DNA from: Sphaerodactylus townsendi
Lineage: Eukaryota
Assembly: GCF_021028975.2 (NCBI RefSeq)
Contig: NC_059426.1
Span: 88,598,001 to 88,662,000, forward strand
DNA length: 64,000 nucleotides
Reading direction: 5' to 3'
Positions 1-13,358 of this stretch are shown one piece after another; the first letter of the stretch is position 1; each line of letters opens with the position of its first letter. The position numbers and the translations under genes were made by a program. The notes beneath the pieces were generated by a model that made no database searches, had not been told where the DNA came from, and was given only the letters and a program-made list of their open reading frames with translations.

Positions 1-664
1 ACTAGAATTTCTGAGCAGCTCCTAAATCTACAGGGAAGAAAGTTTCAATGAATAACTGATGCCTTCCCCGTTAACCTGTGTAGGTTTGGACAGTGGCAGA
101 TGACAAAATGATAGAATGCATGGCAACCTCTCCCCTGCAAGTCTTCCTCCAACCCCACCCCCAGCCGGCAGTGATCTCTGCATTCACCCCCAGTTCTGTT
201 TTCATGGGGAGGGGGCAGAAAACATAGAATCTGCCCTGAGCGCAGTTTGGCCCAGCTATTCCTCTGACCTAGAGTGAAAGTGTAACATTATTTCTTCCCC
301 TACCTTCTTTCTAGGGTTTTGATCAGGAGCAGAAATAATTATTTTAACACTCTGTTAAAGTTGCCAGAATAACATTTCTGCCAAAAATTGAACTGCCAAA
401 CAGTATTTCCTTTTTTATTGACAACAGGGGAACATAAATGTTAAGAAAACATTATCTGTTTTCAGCTATCTTTACACAGATGTATCAACAGTAAGATGTC
501 AAACCCACATAGGAATAAGGAAAAGTCTCTAGAATGCAGAAAGACTCTCGGAGCTTGTTTGAACCACTATGCTACAGAGTAAAGGAATACTGGGAAGAAG
601 ATATTAGATGAAAAAGGCAGTTAAAGTTTATAGAAAAAGAACTAAGAGTATATATTACACATAC

Positions 665-736
665 ATTGGGAAACCCAATTTCCAGCGCACCAGTATACTC
701 CAGTGTCACCAAAAATAGGATCTGCTTCACAGCCAC
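665..736 (-). CDS. Candidate 72-bp internal exon of an unidentified host gene
   Basis: Acceptor ctgcttctctctag| and donor |gtatgt. Length is a multiple of 3 and it is open in two frames (VAVKQILFLVTLEYTGALEIGFPN or GGCEADPIFGDTGVYWCAGNWVSQ). No homolog recognised. Confidence 0.35.
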
Positions 737-960
737 CTAGAGAGAAGCAGAGTAGATCCTCAGATGTTGACATCACCCATGATTTCTAAAATAAGTGCTT
801 TCTTGTCACTCCTATGAGAAAGAGTAAAGAACTACACTTTGGCATATTTGTTGTGAGGGCAAACATTGCCCTGCATTTGACATTAATGGACTGGATTTCA
901 GGGCCAATGGCTCAATTTGAAAGGATGACTCTACAAGTAAGAAGGAATTGTTCCCTTTTC

Positions 961-3077
961 ATAAGAACATATGAACATAAGAACAAGCCAGCTGGATAAG
1001 ACCAGAGTCCATCTAGTCCAGCTCTCTGCTACTCGCAGTGCCCCACCAGGTGCCTTTGGGAGCTCACATGTAGGATGTGAAAGCAATGGCCTTCTGCGGC
1101 TGTTGCTCCCGAGCACCTGGTCTGCTAAGGCATTTGCAATCTCAGATCAAAGAGGATCAAGATTGGTAGCCATAAATCGACTTCTCCTCCAAAAATCTGT
1201 CCAAGCTATCCAGGTTAGTGGCCATCACCACCTCCTGTGGCAGCATATTCCAAACACCAATCACACGTTGCATGAAGAAGTGTTTCCTTTTATTAGTCCT
1301 AATTCTTCCCCCCAGCATTTTCAATGAATGCCCCCAGGTTCTAGTATTGTGAGAAAGAGAGAAAAATTTCTCTCTGTCAACATTTTCTACCCCTTGCATA
1401 ATTTTATAGACTTCAATCATATCCCCCCTCAGACGTCTCCTCTCCAAACTAAAGAGTCCCAAACGCTGCAGCCTTTCCTCATAAGGAAGGTGCTCCAGTC
1501 CCTCAATCATCCTTGTTGCCCTTCTCTGCACTTTTTCTATCTCCTCAATATCCTTTTTTGAGATGCGACAGCCAGAACTGGACACAGTACTCCAAGTCTT
1601 GACGCTGCCACTGCTTTATATAAGGGCATGACAATCTTTGCAGTTTTATTCTCAATTCCTTTCCTAATGATCCCCAGCATAGAGTTTGCCTTTTTCACAG
1701 CTGCCATGCATTCAGCTGACATTCCCGTGGAACTATCAACTAAGACGCCCAAATCCCTTTCCTGGTCTGTGACTGATAGCACTGACCCTTGTAGCTTGTA
1801 TGTGAAGTTTGGATTTTTTGCCCCTATGTGCATCACTTTGCATTTTGCTACATTGAACTGCATTTGCCATTTCTTAGCCCACTCACCTAATTTATCAAGG
1901 TCAGCTTGGAGCTCTTTGCAATACTTTGTGGTTCTCACCCACCCTACGCAATTTAATTTATCATCTGCAAACTTGGCCCACCATGCTACCGCCCTTTACT
2001 TTCAGATCATTTATGAATAGGTTAAAGCGCACTGGTCCCAAAGCGGATCCTAAGGGGACACCACTCCCTACATCTCTCCATTGTGAGAACTTCCCATTTA
2101 CACCCACTCTTTGCTTCCTGTTTCTCAACCAGTTTTTAATCCATAGGAGGACTTCCCCTCTTGTTCCTTGATTGCTGAGTTTTCTCAATAGTCTCTGGTG
2201 AGGAACTTTGTCAAAAGCCTTTTGGAAATCCAAGTAGACAATGTCCACTGGTTCCCCCTTATCCACATACCTGTTTACACCCTCAAAGAACTCTAGTAAG
2301 TTTGTAAGACAGGATTTGCCTCTGCAAAAGCCATGCTGACTCTTCCTCAACAGGTCTTGCTTTTCTACGTAAACTTTAATAATTTTATCTTTAAGTAATT
2401 AAGATTCTACTAATTTGCCAGGAACAGATGTCAAACTGACTGGCCTGTGACTTCCCAGGTCCCCCCTAGATCCCTTTCTTTAAAATTGGTGTATGACATT
2501 GGCCGTCTTCCAGTCTTCAGGGATGAGAGCCTGATTTTAGGGATAAGTTGCATATTAAAAGAATTGAGAAGATCAAGCAATTTCGTAGCTTGGGCTCTTT
2601 AAAGAACTCTTGGGTGAATTTAGATAGTCTGGGCCAGGGATTTGGTAGCATTTAGTTTATCAATGGCTGCCAGAACTTCTTCCTTGTCTACCACTATCTT
2701 CGCTAGTTCCTCGGATTTGCCTCCCAAGAAGCATGGTTCAGGTGCAGGAATTTTCCTCATTTCCTCTTGGGTGAAGACAGATGCAAAGAATTCATTCAGC
2801 TTCTCTGCAATCTCCCTGCCATCTTTTAGCACACCCTTTGCTCCTTTGTCATCTAACGGGCCTACCACTTCCCTAGCTGGCTTCCTACTTTTGATATACT
2901 TGAAGAACTGTTTGTTGCTGGTCTTGATGCTTGCAGCCATGCGTTCCTCATAATCCTTTTTTGCCTCCCTTACAGCTAACTTGCTTCTCTTTTGCCACCA
3001 TTTGTGTTCCCTCTCATATTCTTCATCAGTCAAACTGGACTTCCATTTTCTAAAAGACATTTTCTTTTTTTCTGCCA
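961..3077 (-). mobile_element. 5'-truncated CR1 LINE (ORF2 reverse transcriptase, frameshifted, plus 3' UTR and microsatellite tail)
   Basis: Minus ORFs read [64 protein letters not shown] near 1960-1975, LQADLDKLGEWAKKWQMQFNVAKCKVMH and LPYEERLQRLGLFSLERRRLRGD, all hallmark CR1 ORF2. Tail repeats ataagaacatatgaacataagaac at 961-984. Confidence 0.95.
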
Positions 3078-3576
3078 CTTACTGCTTCTCACATGCATTC
3101 ACTTCCCCTAGTGCTTACTCCCAACAGCAAAAAATGCATACAGGGCAACACTTGACATGAAAAACTGGTCAGGGGAACTTAAAATGGTTGATATCACTAG
3201 ATCCCTATGCAATACTTTCAAAGAAGTTCAACTTTTCGCACTGGCTTAGCACAAGATTTGGTGAGGCAGTGGGGATTTCCACACAAGAAACATAAAACAT
3301 GTTCAGGTTGCAAAAAAACCCACGTTTTATCCCGCCATTTGGTTCCAAAAATGTTTCCAAGCAGCCTTTTCTCCATTTTTAAAAACCCCTCTTACAATTA
3401 TTCTTTTGCCTGAAATGTTTCTGAGTCAGCTTCCCTGTCAGCGCAGTTACATTTACAATGTTTTATTTGTCCTGCTGCTGTTTTCCATGCCTCTGTGCTG
3501 CCACCCAAATTCCTCCCCAGCACCATTTTTTCACATCCCTCATCTCTCTCCTTTCCCGCTCTTCATTTTGATCAGT

Positions 3577-3603
3577 TGCTGCTGCTGCTGCTGCTGCTGC
3601 TGT
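3577..3603. repeat. (GCT)n microsatellite
   Basis: Direct reading. Confidence 0.9.
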
Positions 3604-3861
3604 TGGGTGAATCTACAAAGCATCTATGAAACAGAGCTGCAGAGCTATGAAGCAATGAATTAATGAAGCATCATTTCAATGAATAAGCAAAAAAAATTTT
3701 AAACCCTCACATTTGGGGGCAGGGAATGCAGACGAACTTCATGGTAAAGGGGGGGGATCAAAAACCTTCTAGGTGACTTGTGAAGAAAGAGCCAGGATTA
3801 AGAAAATTTGAAAAGGAATACTATTCAAGCAGAACAGCTGAAAGGTTAATAGTAGGCATTT

Positions 3862-3915
3862 GAGGAGGAGGAGGAGGAGGAGGAGGAGGAGGAGGAGGAG
3901 GCGGCAGCGGCGGCA
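3862..3915. repeat. (GAG)n followed by (GCG/GCA)n compound microsatellite
   Basis: Direct reading. Confidence 0.9.
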
Positions 3916-5931
3916 AAGTTTCTGAATATGGTTGATAGTTCTTGTGTGTGGGTAGTTTGTATTTGTGTAGTTTGTGTATAAAACCAAGCACAGATAAGGG
4001 CTCACAAAGACTGTAATTTTATAATAACATTCATAACAACCTAAAGTGTGGATAGTAGAAACAGCTGATGTTCTTTCTAGTTCCATAATGAGGGTGTAGA
4101 TGGATTGCCTGGAATTTCTTGCTGGTTCTCAGTTTCCCGCTGTGGTTATAGGCATTCACCAAAGGCATCCCAGAGTTCAAAGGCAAACATTCTGGTCTGT
4201 AATACATTCGGTCTCCTGAAATGTATTACACAAGTCCCCACTATTTTGTTTCTCCACTATTCCAGAGAGTTATTTGAATTTTCTCTTAGCTGCACTGCTG
4301 TGGGGCGCAGCAGAATGGACATTGCTGCTCTGCACTGGGTCATTCTGAATTACCACTGAAAGATTTTACATCCTGGCCTTGTCTGCATGCTTGACTCCCC
4401 TCCCTGTTTTTCTTATGTCAAAGATGTTGATATTAGCTTCAGCAGAGAAAATTAAAAGCTTGCTTCTGAAAATGTTTTGATTCTTCCTTCATCTATAACA
4501 CACACACACTGAAAGAGACACAGAGAGACTGGACCACAGTTCACAGTTCTTCCAAACTAATACATCCTGAGCACAATTCTGAGTTTGATCTATAAAACAG
4601 GAAATTGTTTGGAGCTTCTGTACAGAAATGGCAGCTTCATTTATGTTTTCACTATTCACTCAGTAGTATATGTCCTACAGTAGCATGAAAGATCTATACA
4701 CTGTAGCAATCTTTCCAATTCATTCTATGCATTTTAAAGGGTCATTGCTATCCCATGGAAACCTTTGAAAAAAGATATTTACTTGTATGCTTTCCTGCTG
4801 TTTATGAGCCAGAACATTTGCATAAAAACAGACTAGCTTCTATTTTAAAGTACACAATTGTTTGTGATCTGTCTTTTTATAAATTATAATCCTGGTTTCT
4901 GATATGACAATAACTGGTCATTCTGAAAAGTATCTTTCATTTCACTGTCAGAGGATGATGACTCCAGAGAACCATAAGCAACAGGCACAGATGAGCCCTT
5001 TGAATATTATAATCTGTTTTTATGCTAATGTGCATGGTGTAAGCCATATAAAACACTGCTGACAATGTGGCATATGAGGAGAATTATTACCCTTAAGATG
5101 TGGCTCAAGTTTTTCAAAGCAGCCATTATTCCTGAAGTAATAACATTTTTCTGTTTATTATTTATTTTTTTAAAAAGAAAAATTCTATATCCGTCTGTGT
5201 CCAAGGTAACCTGAGGCAAGTGACAACAATGCAGAATATAAAAACCATGTGATCTAACAAATAAGGGAACACATTAAAACATAACTCAAAACAACATGCC
5301 CCAACAAACAGGATATTTCTCCTTGGCCCAGTTCAGGATGTCTCCAAAGCTCTCCAAAACATGTCTGTCTTGCAGCCTCACCAGGCAGCCGGTAGGTAGA
5401 AGCTGTTCTGGTCTCATCTGGGAGGCTTTCTTGATCGCCATATCAGGAAGTGCTGTAATTCAGTCTGGGAACAAGAACACTTTTACTTTCTAGTTCCAGT
5501 TCAGTTTGGCTCTTATTAGCAGCCAGTTCATTCAAGATTTGAAATAGAAGCTGAAGGGTGTTATTTGCAGTGGAAAAGCATACCCAGCACCTTGATCTCA
5601 GTCTCCTATGACTGCAACTAGCTGAATCCTTACTTTCAGGCTTCCACACTAGAATAGTAGCTTGCAGCTGGGAGTTTTAAAGAACTTTAATATATTCATT
5701 TGTTTGATTAAAATGAACAGAGATAAGCCATCCAACACGCTGACTTCAGCTTTCCATCATTTCAGAATACACATTGATTTTTTACTTCCTCATAACTTAC
5801 CAGTTTGGTCTTAAAATAATTCAGGGCTACAACTAAAAAGCCTAAACTGAAGTCCTTGAATGGATCACAGTTAAATGCTAATGAACCAATACAAGACAGC
5901 CTGTGCTTCCTATACAGGCTTTGAAGTATAA

Positions 5932-6172
5932 ATGCCAGCCTCCAGGCGGGGTTTGGGATCCCCCAGAATTCAGCTCTTCTCCAGACTAAATATAGTCGTT
6001 CCCTTGGAGAAAATGGATGCTTTGGAGGGTGGGTTTTATGGCATTGTACTGCACTAAGGTCCCTGACCACCCCAGGATCCATACCTGAATCTTCAGGTGT
6101 TTCCCCAACCTCCACCTGATAACCCTTCCCCTGCATCCCACGCCAGTTGCCAGAAGGGACCTGGCAATTCTA
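5932..6172. mobile_element. Non-autonomous hAT-type element of the TAGGGTTGCCA-ended family (degenerate)
   Basis: gccagcctccagg...ttcccttggagaaaatggatgctttggagggtggg...ctggcaattcta. Related copies at ~36760-36963, ~43595-43645, ~48960-49160 and 50875-51168. Confidence 0.6.
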
Positions 6173-6781
6173 CTATCAAGTGATAATATGACATGGATCT
6201 AAGGAATATTATTAGCAAGCATACTTATGTTTTAAACTATAACAAAAATCAGCATGTGAATAACAAAAATCAAAATATTTAAAGTCACCTTTATATCAAC
6301 AATAAACATTAATTTGTACCTAGACATTTCTCCTTAAATAAATAAGACCAACTAAAATTTTACTTTATGACTTTTGCCCCAGTTCTGTGGTATGTGTGGA
6401 ATGTCGCTTGACCCACGGTTCTTCAGAAATTTCATTGCCAGTGGTGCTTTGGAATTGCACACACAAGGTCAGATTGGTTTGTATCTGAAGGGAAATACAT
6501 AGCTCTACTGAAACAAGTGATCATCACGATGTTTGCAACAGCCCTTTTTCCCTGCAAAAGCACACACACAAAAAAACTAAGGGTGCAAAAATATTGTATT
6601 CTATTGTATTCTACACAAACATTCCAATGCCTTGTATTTCTCCACTCAGGCACTAATGACAATCAAAGACTGACATTCCACAGTATGATAAGAAAAATAA
6701 TAATATCTGAACTGGAAAAATCTCAGCGTGTTCACAATATCTGCCACGCTTTAAAATATGTACCTGTTTCTGCCTTTGGGA

Positions 6782-6975
6782 GAGAGACAGCATGGCATCA
6801 TGGTTAACAGCAGGTGAATTCTACTCTGGGTTTGATTCCCCACTCCTCCACATAAACAGTGGATTCTTGTCTGGTGAACCAGATTTGTTTCCTCGCTCCT
6901 ACACATTTCTGCTGGGTGTCCTTGGGATAGCTACAGTTCTTCAGAACTCTCTCAGGCCCACCTGCCTCACAAGGG
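6782..6975 (+). mobile_element. tRNA-derived SINE (Squam3/MIR-core-like)
   Basis: A-box-like catggcatcatggttaa, B-box-like gggtttgattcccc, body ctgggtgtccttggg...ctctcaggcccacctgcctcacaagg. Other copies at ~24345-24560 (-) and ~32735-32905 (+). Confidence 0.65.
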
Positions 6976-7676
6976 CCCTTTCTGCACAGCACAAATAAGA
7001 AGTCCTGAGGATGGGGAAAAGGCGTCTTGGGGAGGAAGTCTGCACAGATTTTCCCCAAGATGTCATCAGGCCATTTTATTTTAGGGGAGAGGGGGGGAGT
7101 GGGGAGGGAGAGGGAGAGGGAGAGGGAGAGAGAGAGGCGGAGAGAGAGAGAGAGAGCTAAGATACATGTCATAGCCAAAAAGCCTGGGTAGATATGTCAA
7201 ACTTACTCACATAGGTGGATTCCTCACAGCACAAATGTAATGGGCTGAGGAGGGAAAATACGGGGGAAGAACTTTACACAGGTCTCTTCCCGAAAACAGG
7301 CTCAGCCCGTTATATTTATTTCAGCCCAAGTTTTACAAATATCACCAAACTAGCAATCTTTTTGCAAAATCCCAGGTTTCAAATGCTTCCTGCTACCTGT
7401 GCAAGCTATGTCTAATTTCCCCCCCTTCCGTCCAACATTTCTCTAGAGAATCCACTCAAATGGCAGCCACCATGATCAGATGGGGGGAGATTCATGGTCG
7501 CAGGGTAAAGATTCTCAGTTGTGTAGGGGAGGGGAGGATTTCTTGCTGCCCACCATTCAAAGGACCCAAGTATGGGGAGGGGAGGGAGAGAGAGATTTTT
7601 TTCCTTTTCTTGCCTGGGTACTGTTTGGCCACAGAGGTCCTCTACAGGACACATGCATTCTGGGAAGGGGTGAAAA

Positions 7677-7777
7677 CAGTGGTGGGATTTAGCAGGTTCA
7701 CACCACTTTGGCAGAACCGGTTGTTAAAATGGTGCTTGTAAACAAACAGCAGTTAAATTATTTAAATTCCACCACTG
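7677..7777. mobile_element. Small hAT-like MITE
   Basis: TIRs cagtggtgggattt ... aaattccaccactg. Confidence 0.6.
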
Positions 7778-8043
7778 GAACTGGTTGTTAAATTATTTTA
7801 ATCCCACAAATGGGGGGGAAGTGTCTGTGTGAAGGAGCTGCAGCGTTTGCTACTGCTTCCTGAATGGGTAAGCTTTTCATGTTCAAAGGGGAAGAGGGGA
7901 AAATGGGTCCATTTATAATGAGCTACATTTGTTATGAATGAGCTATGCAGAATGCACCATACAGTCATCACTGGTAGTCCAGAATGATTGATTAATTGTG
8001 TGAAACAGGACTCACAAAGTACCACAGATATAGTGGACACTAA

Positions 8044-8160
8044 AGCAGATTTTGCATGGGCCAAAAACAGCAGTGTGAAAATGGTGTAAAAGGGTTTAAA
8101 ATGGAGTAAAAGGGTTTCCACTGTTTTCACACCGCTGTTTTTGGCCCATGAGGAATCCAC
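8044..8160. mobile_element. Degenerate short Harbinger-type MITE
   Basis: gcatgggccaaaaacagcagtgtgaaaa ... ttttcacaccgctgtttttggcccatg is palindromic. Same family as 35434-35549 and 51190-51329. Confidence 0.7.
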
Positions 8161-9019
8161 TGTTATTTTTCAAAGAACATAATTTAATAATTACTTTCAA
8201 ATCATCAGATTATATCTTCATTGCAAATCATTTCTTACTACGAAATACTGAAAAACTAACAAATGTTGCTTCTTGTTCAGGACGTTTCTACCTCTACAGC
8301 AGCAGAAAAGATTTCTCAATAAATTAGAAAACATCCAGATTCGTGACATGAAACAGATGGCCCAAATTAACCTCAAACTGTAGTAAGTTCACATTGTAAG
8401 AAAACCTACCGTAGTCAATCTGGGTTGACCATAGCTAAACTAAATCATCCTGTACTTTTGAAACAGGAAATGTAAACCTCACTGCAAAATATTTATTCTT
8501 ATGCCCTATCCCTGTTCAAGTACAGTGGTGTGAACTATGCGGTTCTTGAGTCACCAGGGCACTCTGACTCTGCAACAGTACCAGGAACCAGGACCAGAGA
8601 GACATTCAGTAACACAGAACTACAGATACAGACAGTTCTGTGCGTAAAGGTGGTAAAGAGACAGCAATGACCTCTAACGAATGACACTGGCTAGGCTTTG
8701 AATTTATGATGATGTATGGTTAGTTAGCATTTGCCTGTAAAATGGAACAAGTTGGTCCCCTCATTTCAACAGCACATATTTCTAGAGGTTCCAGCATCTT
8801 GACCTATGTTTTCCCCCTCCATAATGTCCCAGTGTTCTGTTTTAATGTCCCTCTTATTTTCAAGATTACTTGCATTTCTGTTTTTTCCAGCCTGTCCTTA
8901 CCAATTCTTCTAAAACATTTAGAACATATTTTCCTCTTTACTGATATCTCAAAAATCTAGTTATTTGTCACTTTGCATCTGGGCTATTTCTGACAAATCA
9001 TGACCAAGCCAAACCTATA

Positions 9020-9880
9020 CTGATCTTCTAAATGGTGCATGGAGCCAGCAATGGGCTGGATAAGAGCGAACAAATTGAAATTAATCCTGATGAAAGAGAT
9101 GTTCTCTAGTAGAAAGGCAGACCAAAGACCTGGATGGGGTTATACTCCCCTTGAAAAGCCAGGTTTACTGCTTGACACAGCAGTCACCATAGGAAATCAG
9201 ATGGCTGTGGCAGCTCAGAGTCATTTTGCACAGTTTCAGCTAGTGCTAAGCTTCATACATTCCTGGGTCAGTCAGATCTAGCTTTTGTGATCCATGCCTT
9301 AGTTATAGCTACACTGGGTTACAGTAATACAGTCTACTTGGGGTAACCCTTGAAGAATGTCCAGAAGCTGCAGCTAGTGCAGAATTCTGTGACTAGATTG
9401 CTGGCCAGGGCCAGCTACGGGAGCATGCAACTATACCAATTACACAGGTTACTAATCTGCTCCTGAGCTCAATTCAAGGTGCTTGGTTTGTCCTTCAAAG
9501 CCCTTCATGGCTTGAGACCAGAGTATCTGAAGGACTGTCCTTTTCCCCGATATTCTAGTCCAGGAATTTGGATCACAGGAAAATACCCTCTTGACTGCCC
9601 AACAATCAAAGACGCTCATCTATTTGGCAGCCCTGGATTACGGAACAACCTCCCCAGGGAGATGCGCCTGGCACCCTCACTTTCAATCTTTAGGAGGGAG
9701 TTGAATATAGTTTTATTTAGAACTGCATTTGACTCATTCAGTTTTTATTTATTGGAAATCCTAACTGAAATTTTAAATTGTGGTCTTTGGGGTATTTTTA
9801 TAATCATTTTATTTACATTGTAAGCCACATTGAGTTCTGCAAGATAGAAAAGCTGCTAATAAATGTTTAAAATAAACAAA
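9020..9880 (+). mobile_element. Old L2-clade LINE 3' remnant
   Basis: MGWIRANKLKL (WM..NKLKLN motif), a QKLQLVQN-like segment at 9361-9385, LSFKALHGLRPEYLKD, and a 3' end tgtaagccacattgag...aataaa. Confidence 0.8.
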
Positions 9881-10740
9881 CAGACTTTTAATCTTGGCTC
9901 AAGAAGTCTACAGTTTGAGAACTGCTACTGCTGGATCTTCATAGGGAATTTTTAATTGCATGCTGGGACTGATTGTCCCTTGGCTTCATTTAAGCCAATC
10001 AGTTTTTCCCAGCTGCTTCTAAATCCCCAGGAAACAGCAAATGCCTCCATAACAGGCACTACTTGCACAATACAACAACAGTGTTTAGATTAGTTTTCTA
10101 CTGTCCGCCCAAGACAGCCAGCAGTAAATAAAAACCAGCAGGGCTCCTAGTTCTTAATATGGGTTATAGTAGGAAACAAACAGGACAGTGTAGCAGAAAA
10201 ACAAAGGCCAGCCACAGCATGACTGCCAACTCTGGCCCTTATATTAAGTTTCTCTTATGGTCTTCTTGTAAGAAGAATAAGAATGCGATGGTGGTGGTCC
10301 TACTCCTCCAGCAATGACCAAAAAAATTAAGCATCTGCGGACAGAGCAGCTTATTTTTTCTGCCCAGTAAAACTCTCCCTTTCATTTTTGCTGACGCCTG
10401 CCACTTTCTGATGCCGAAACCTCTGCTGCATGTGAGCTTGCTCTTCCTGCTGGTTCTAACAATATATAATTTACCCATTTTTTATTTTTGATGAGCTGCC
10501 TTTAAAGACACAAAAACACGATATGAGAATCAGCCATGATTCGCATATCGTGACTTCATGTCTTTAAAGACAGCTCATCAATTTTTTAAAAAATGAGAAA
10601 ACTATATATTGTCTCAATCAGCAGGAAGAGCTGAGTTGAACCGTGTACTTTTTGAGCTAAAAAGAAGCACCGCCATGATGTGTGCAGAGAAAACATCCTG
10701 GGCAACTTTAGCAAAAGGTGGCTGCAACGGAGATTTAAAG

Positions 10741-10742
10741 GG

Positions 10743-10813
<71 letters not shown>

Positions 10814-12653
10814 ATACACATAACAACACAGTACAAGTGTCTGGAATTCATCTCTGAATATCGAGTCCTTCCCAAGGACCTAGGATATTAGAGGTATTTG
10901 CGTAGAATATGTGCAGTACCTAGAAGTGCTGCTTTCTGCAGCATGTGGACTGATGATCTGTCCAAGTTTAGGCTTTCCAGATGTTTTTCAAGATTTCTTG
11001 GGATTCCTCCTAGAGCACCGACTACTAGTGGGATTATTGTTGTTCTTTTTTTGCCACAATCGTTCAACTTCAATTTGTAGGTCCTTGTATTTTGTGATCT
11101 TTTCCAGCTCTTTGTCCTCTACCCTGCTGTCAACTGGCCTGGCAACATCTATGATCCAAACATGTTTTTTCTCTATCACTGTAATGTCAGGGGCAGGGGT
11201 AGGGAACCTTTAACACTCAAAGAGCCATTTGGACCTGTTTTCCACGGGAAAAGAAAACACTTGGAGCCGTAAATAATTTTTGACATTTAAAATAAAGATA
11301 ACACTATATATATATATAGGGGTTTTTTTACCTTTTACGCCGCTCATTCTGAGAAGTGCATGAATGTGCCCGCCCTGCTGCCTGCAGGGCGGGCAAGGAT
11401 GAAGCCGGCTGACTGCGGTACTCATTGGCGGCTGGGAAAGCTTACCAGCCCACTCCAATGGGGGCAGGCCAGATGGGAAGCCCACAGCATTGGCCAGCTG
11501 ACCTTGCCGTGGAGCGGTGTGAAGTGCGCCCGGCCTTCTGCCTGCAGGGTGGGCAAGGATGAGACCCGTGACTCATTTCGTGGAGCCACAGTGCAAGGGC
11601 AGAAGAGCCGCATGCGGCTCTCGAGCCGCAGGTTCCCTACCCCTGGTCTGGGGTGTTGTGTGCCAGGTGTCTGTCTGTCTGTATTCTAAAGTCCCAGAAT
11701 ATTTTTGCTTCTTCATTTTCTGTGGTCCTCTCTGGCTTGTTAACAAGTACCAGGTCTTCCTACTGGGGCAAGCCGTGCTTTTTACTGAGGTTCCAGTGCA
11801 CCATTGCTGCTAGCCTATTGTGACGTTAAAGAGATAGTCAGTTTGGGCTATTTTCTTACAACAGCAGATGATGTGCTCCCGCGGTTTCAAAACCCTCTTT
11901 GCAGAGAGCGGCACTTTTGGGTCATTGTAGGACTTTTCAATTACGTGTCTTTATTGCATTTGTCCGTAATGCTTGCTCCTGGGCAGCAAAAATGAGGCCT
12001 TCAGTTTCCTTCTTTAGAGTTCCCCTTTACTGCAGGCCTTCCCATGTTTTCTTGCTTGCTTAACCTTTCCTTGTGTTTGTAAAGTACTTTGCCCTTAGAG
12101 TGGCTTGTTTAGCCACTGCTCCTTTAGATGTTTTAAACTGTTGGACTCCTATACTCCTTTGAGTCTTTAGCTTTCAGCATCTCAGCCTTGTGGACTTCTT
12201 TTCCCGTGCTGGCTCTTGACTTTCTTGGATGTATTCTTTCCAGGCTTCTTTTCTCTTCCTCTACTGATTGCTTGGCGTGGAGCAGTCCTCTTCCTCCTTC
12301 TGACCTTGCTAGAGTAGAGTCTGTCTACATCACTTCTTGGATGCAGTGCTCGATTGGTGAGTCGCAATTTTCCTTGTTCTTCTGTCCAGGATGTCGAATT
12401 TGGCTTGTGTCCAGTTAATTATGCCAGCTTAGTGTAGCGTACTACAGGCACCGCCCGAAGTATTAGTTGCCTTTATTGTATGTACCTCCATTGCTTTGAT
12501 TTCAAAAATTTTCTTACCCTTCTAAGATATTCCTTCCTAATTACGCCTTTGACTTCTGCATGCTTGATGTTCTCTGCTTGCAGTATCCCCAAGTATTTGT
12601 AGCTTTCATTCACTGGTAAGCTCTTTATTTCTATGGCATTTGGCATATTCACA

Positions 12654-12698
<45 letters not shown>
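10741..12698 (-). mobile_element. R4/Dong-type non-LTR retrotransposon with restriction-like endonuclease, 5'-truncated and frameshifted
   Basis: Minus translation gives HNTPD-ITVIEKKHVWIIDVARPVDSRVEDKELEKITKYKDLQIEVERLW..TIIPLVVGALG..LQKAALLGTAHILRKYL (PD-(D/E)xK RLE C-terminus) and RALHPRSDVDRLY..GGRGL. Flanked by (TTG)n at 10742-10812 and (TTA)n at 12656-12698. Confidence 0.88.
11194..11645. mobile_element. Non-autonomous hAT (Charlie-like) element nested in the R4 LINE
   Basis: 16-bp TIR CAGGGGTAGGGAACCT / AGGTTCCCTACCCCTG; 8-bp TSD gtcagggg / gtctgggg. Confidence 0.92.
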
Positions 12699-12701
<3 letters not shown>

Positions 12702-13358
12702 ATTTGATAAACCGCCACCCCCGAAGGGTTATTTAGAAACTGTCTCCAAAGACAGCTCATAATTTTTTTTAAAAAAGGTGGAAACTATATATTGCTGGAA
12801 TCAGCAGGAAGAGCTGAGTTGAACCATGTACTTTTTGACCTAAAAGGAATAATGGGCATAATGTATGCAGAGAAAATGTCCCAGGGCAAGTTCAGCAAAC
12901 AGCACATACAACGGAAGTTTCAAGCAGCAGAAAATGGCAGGAGAGAGAAAATGAAAGTGAGAGGAATTTTTTAATTGGGTGGGAAAAATAAGTTGTATCC
13001 TGAGGTCTGCATAGCAAGCAGGAGATGACTTTAAGCCAACTTGGCAAAAAAGAATTGCTAGTTTAGCGTTTTCACAAAAACCTGGGTTGAGCAGAAATAA
13101 AACGTCCTAAAGACATCTTGGGGAAAAACCTGTGTGGACTGCCTCCCCAAAATGCTTTCCCCCCATCCTCAGTACATTTTATTTGTCCTATGCAGAAAGG
13201 GCCTGTGTGAAGACTCAGGAAGAAACTAGGGACACACACAAATATCTGGTTGCTTCTGCACATACACAGATATTATTTTTTTTACAATTCAGTCCTATGC
13301 ATCCTTATTTAGAAGCAAACAGCAGCAATTTAACACTTACTTCTAAGTAAACATATAC

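Noticed and set aside
6432-6552. Candidate terminal exon GKRAVANIVMITC...HHWQ*
   Set aside because: Good acceptor but no recognisable homology or supporting context.
10586-10857. ORFs with poly-Asn or poly-Cys
   Set aside because: Translations of the (TTG)n microsatellite.
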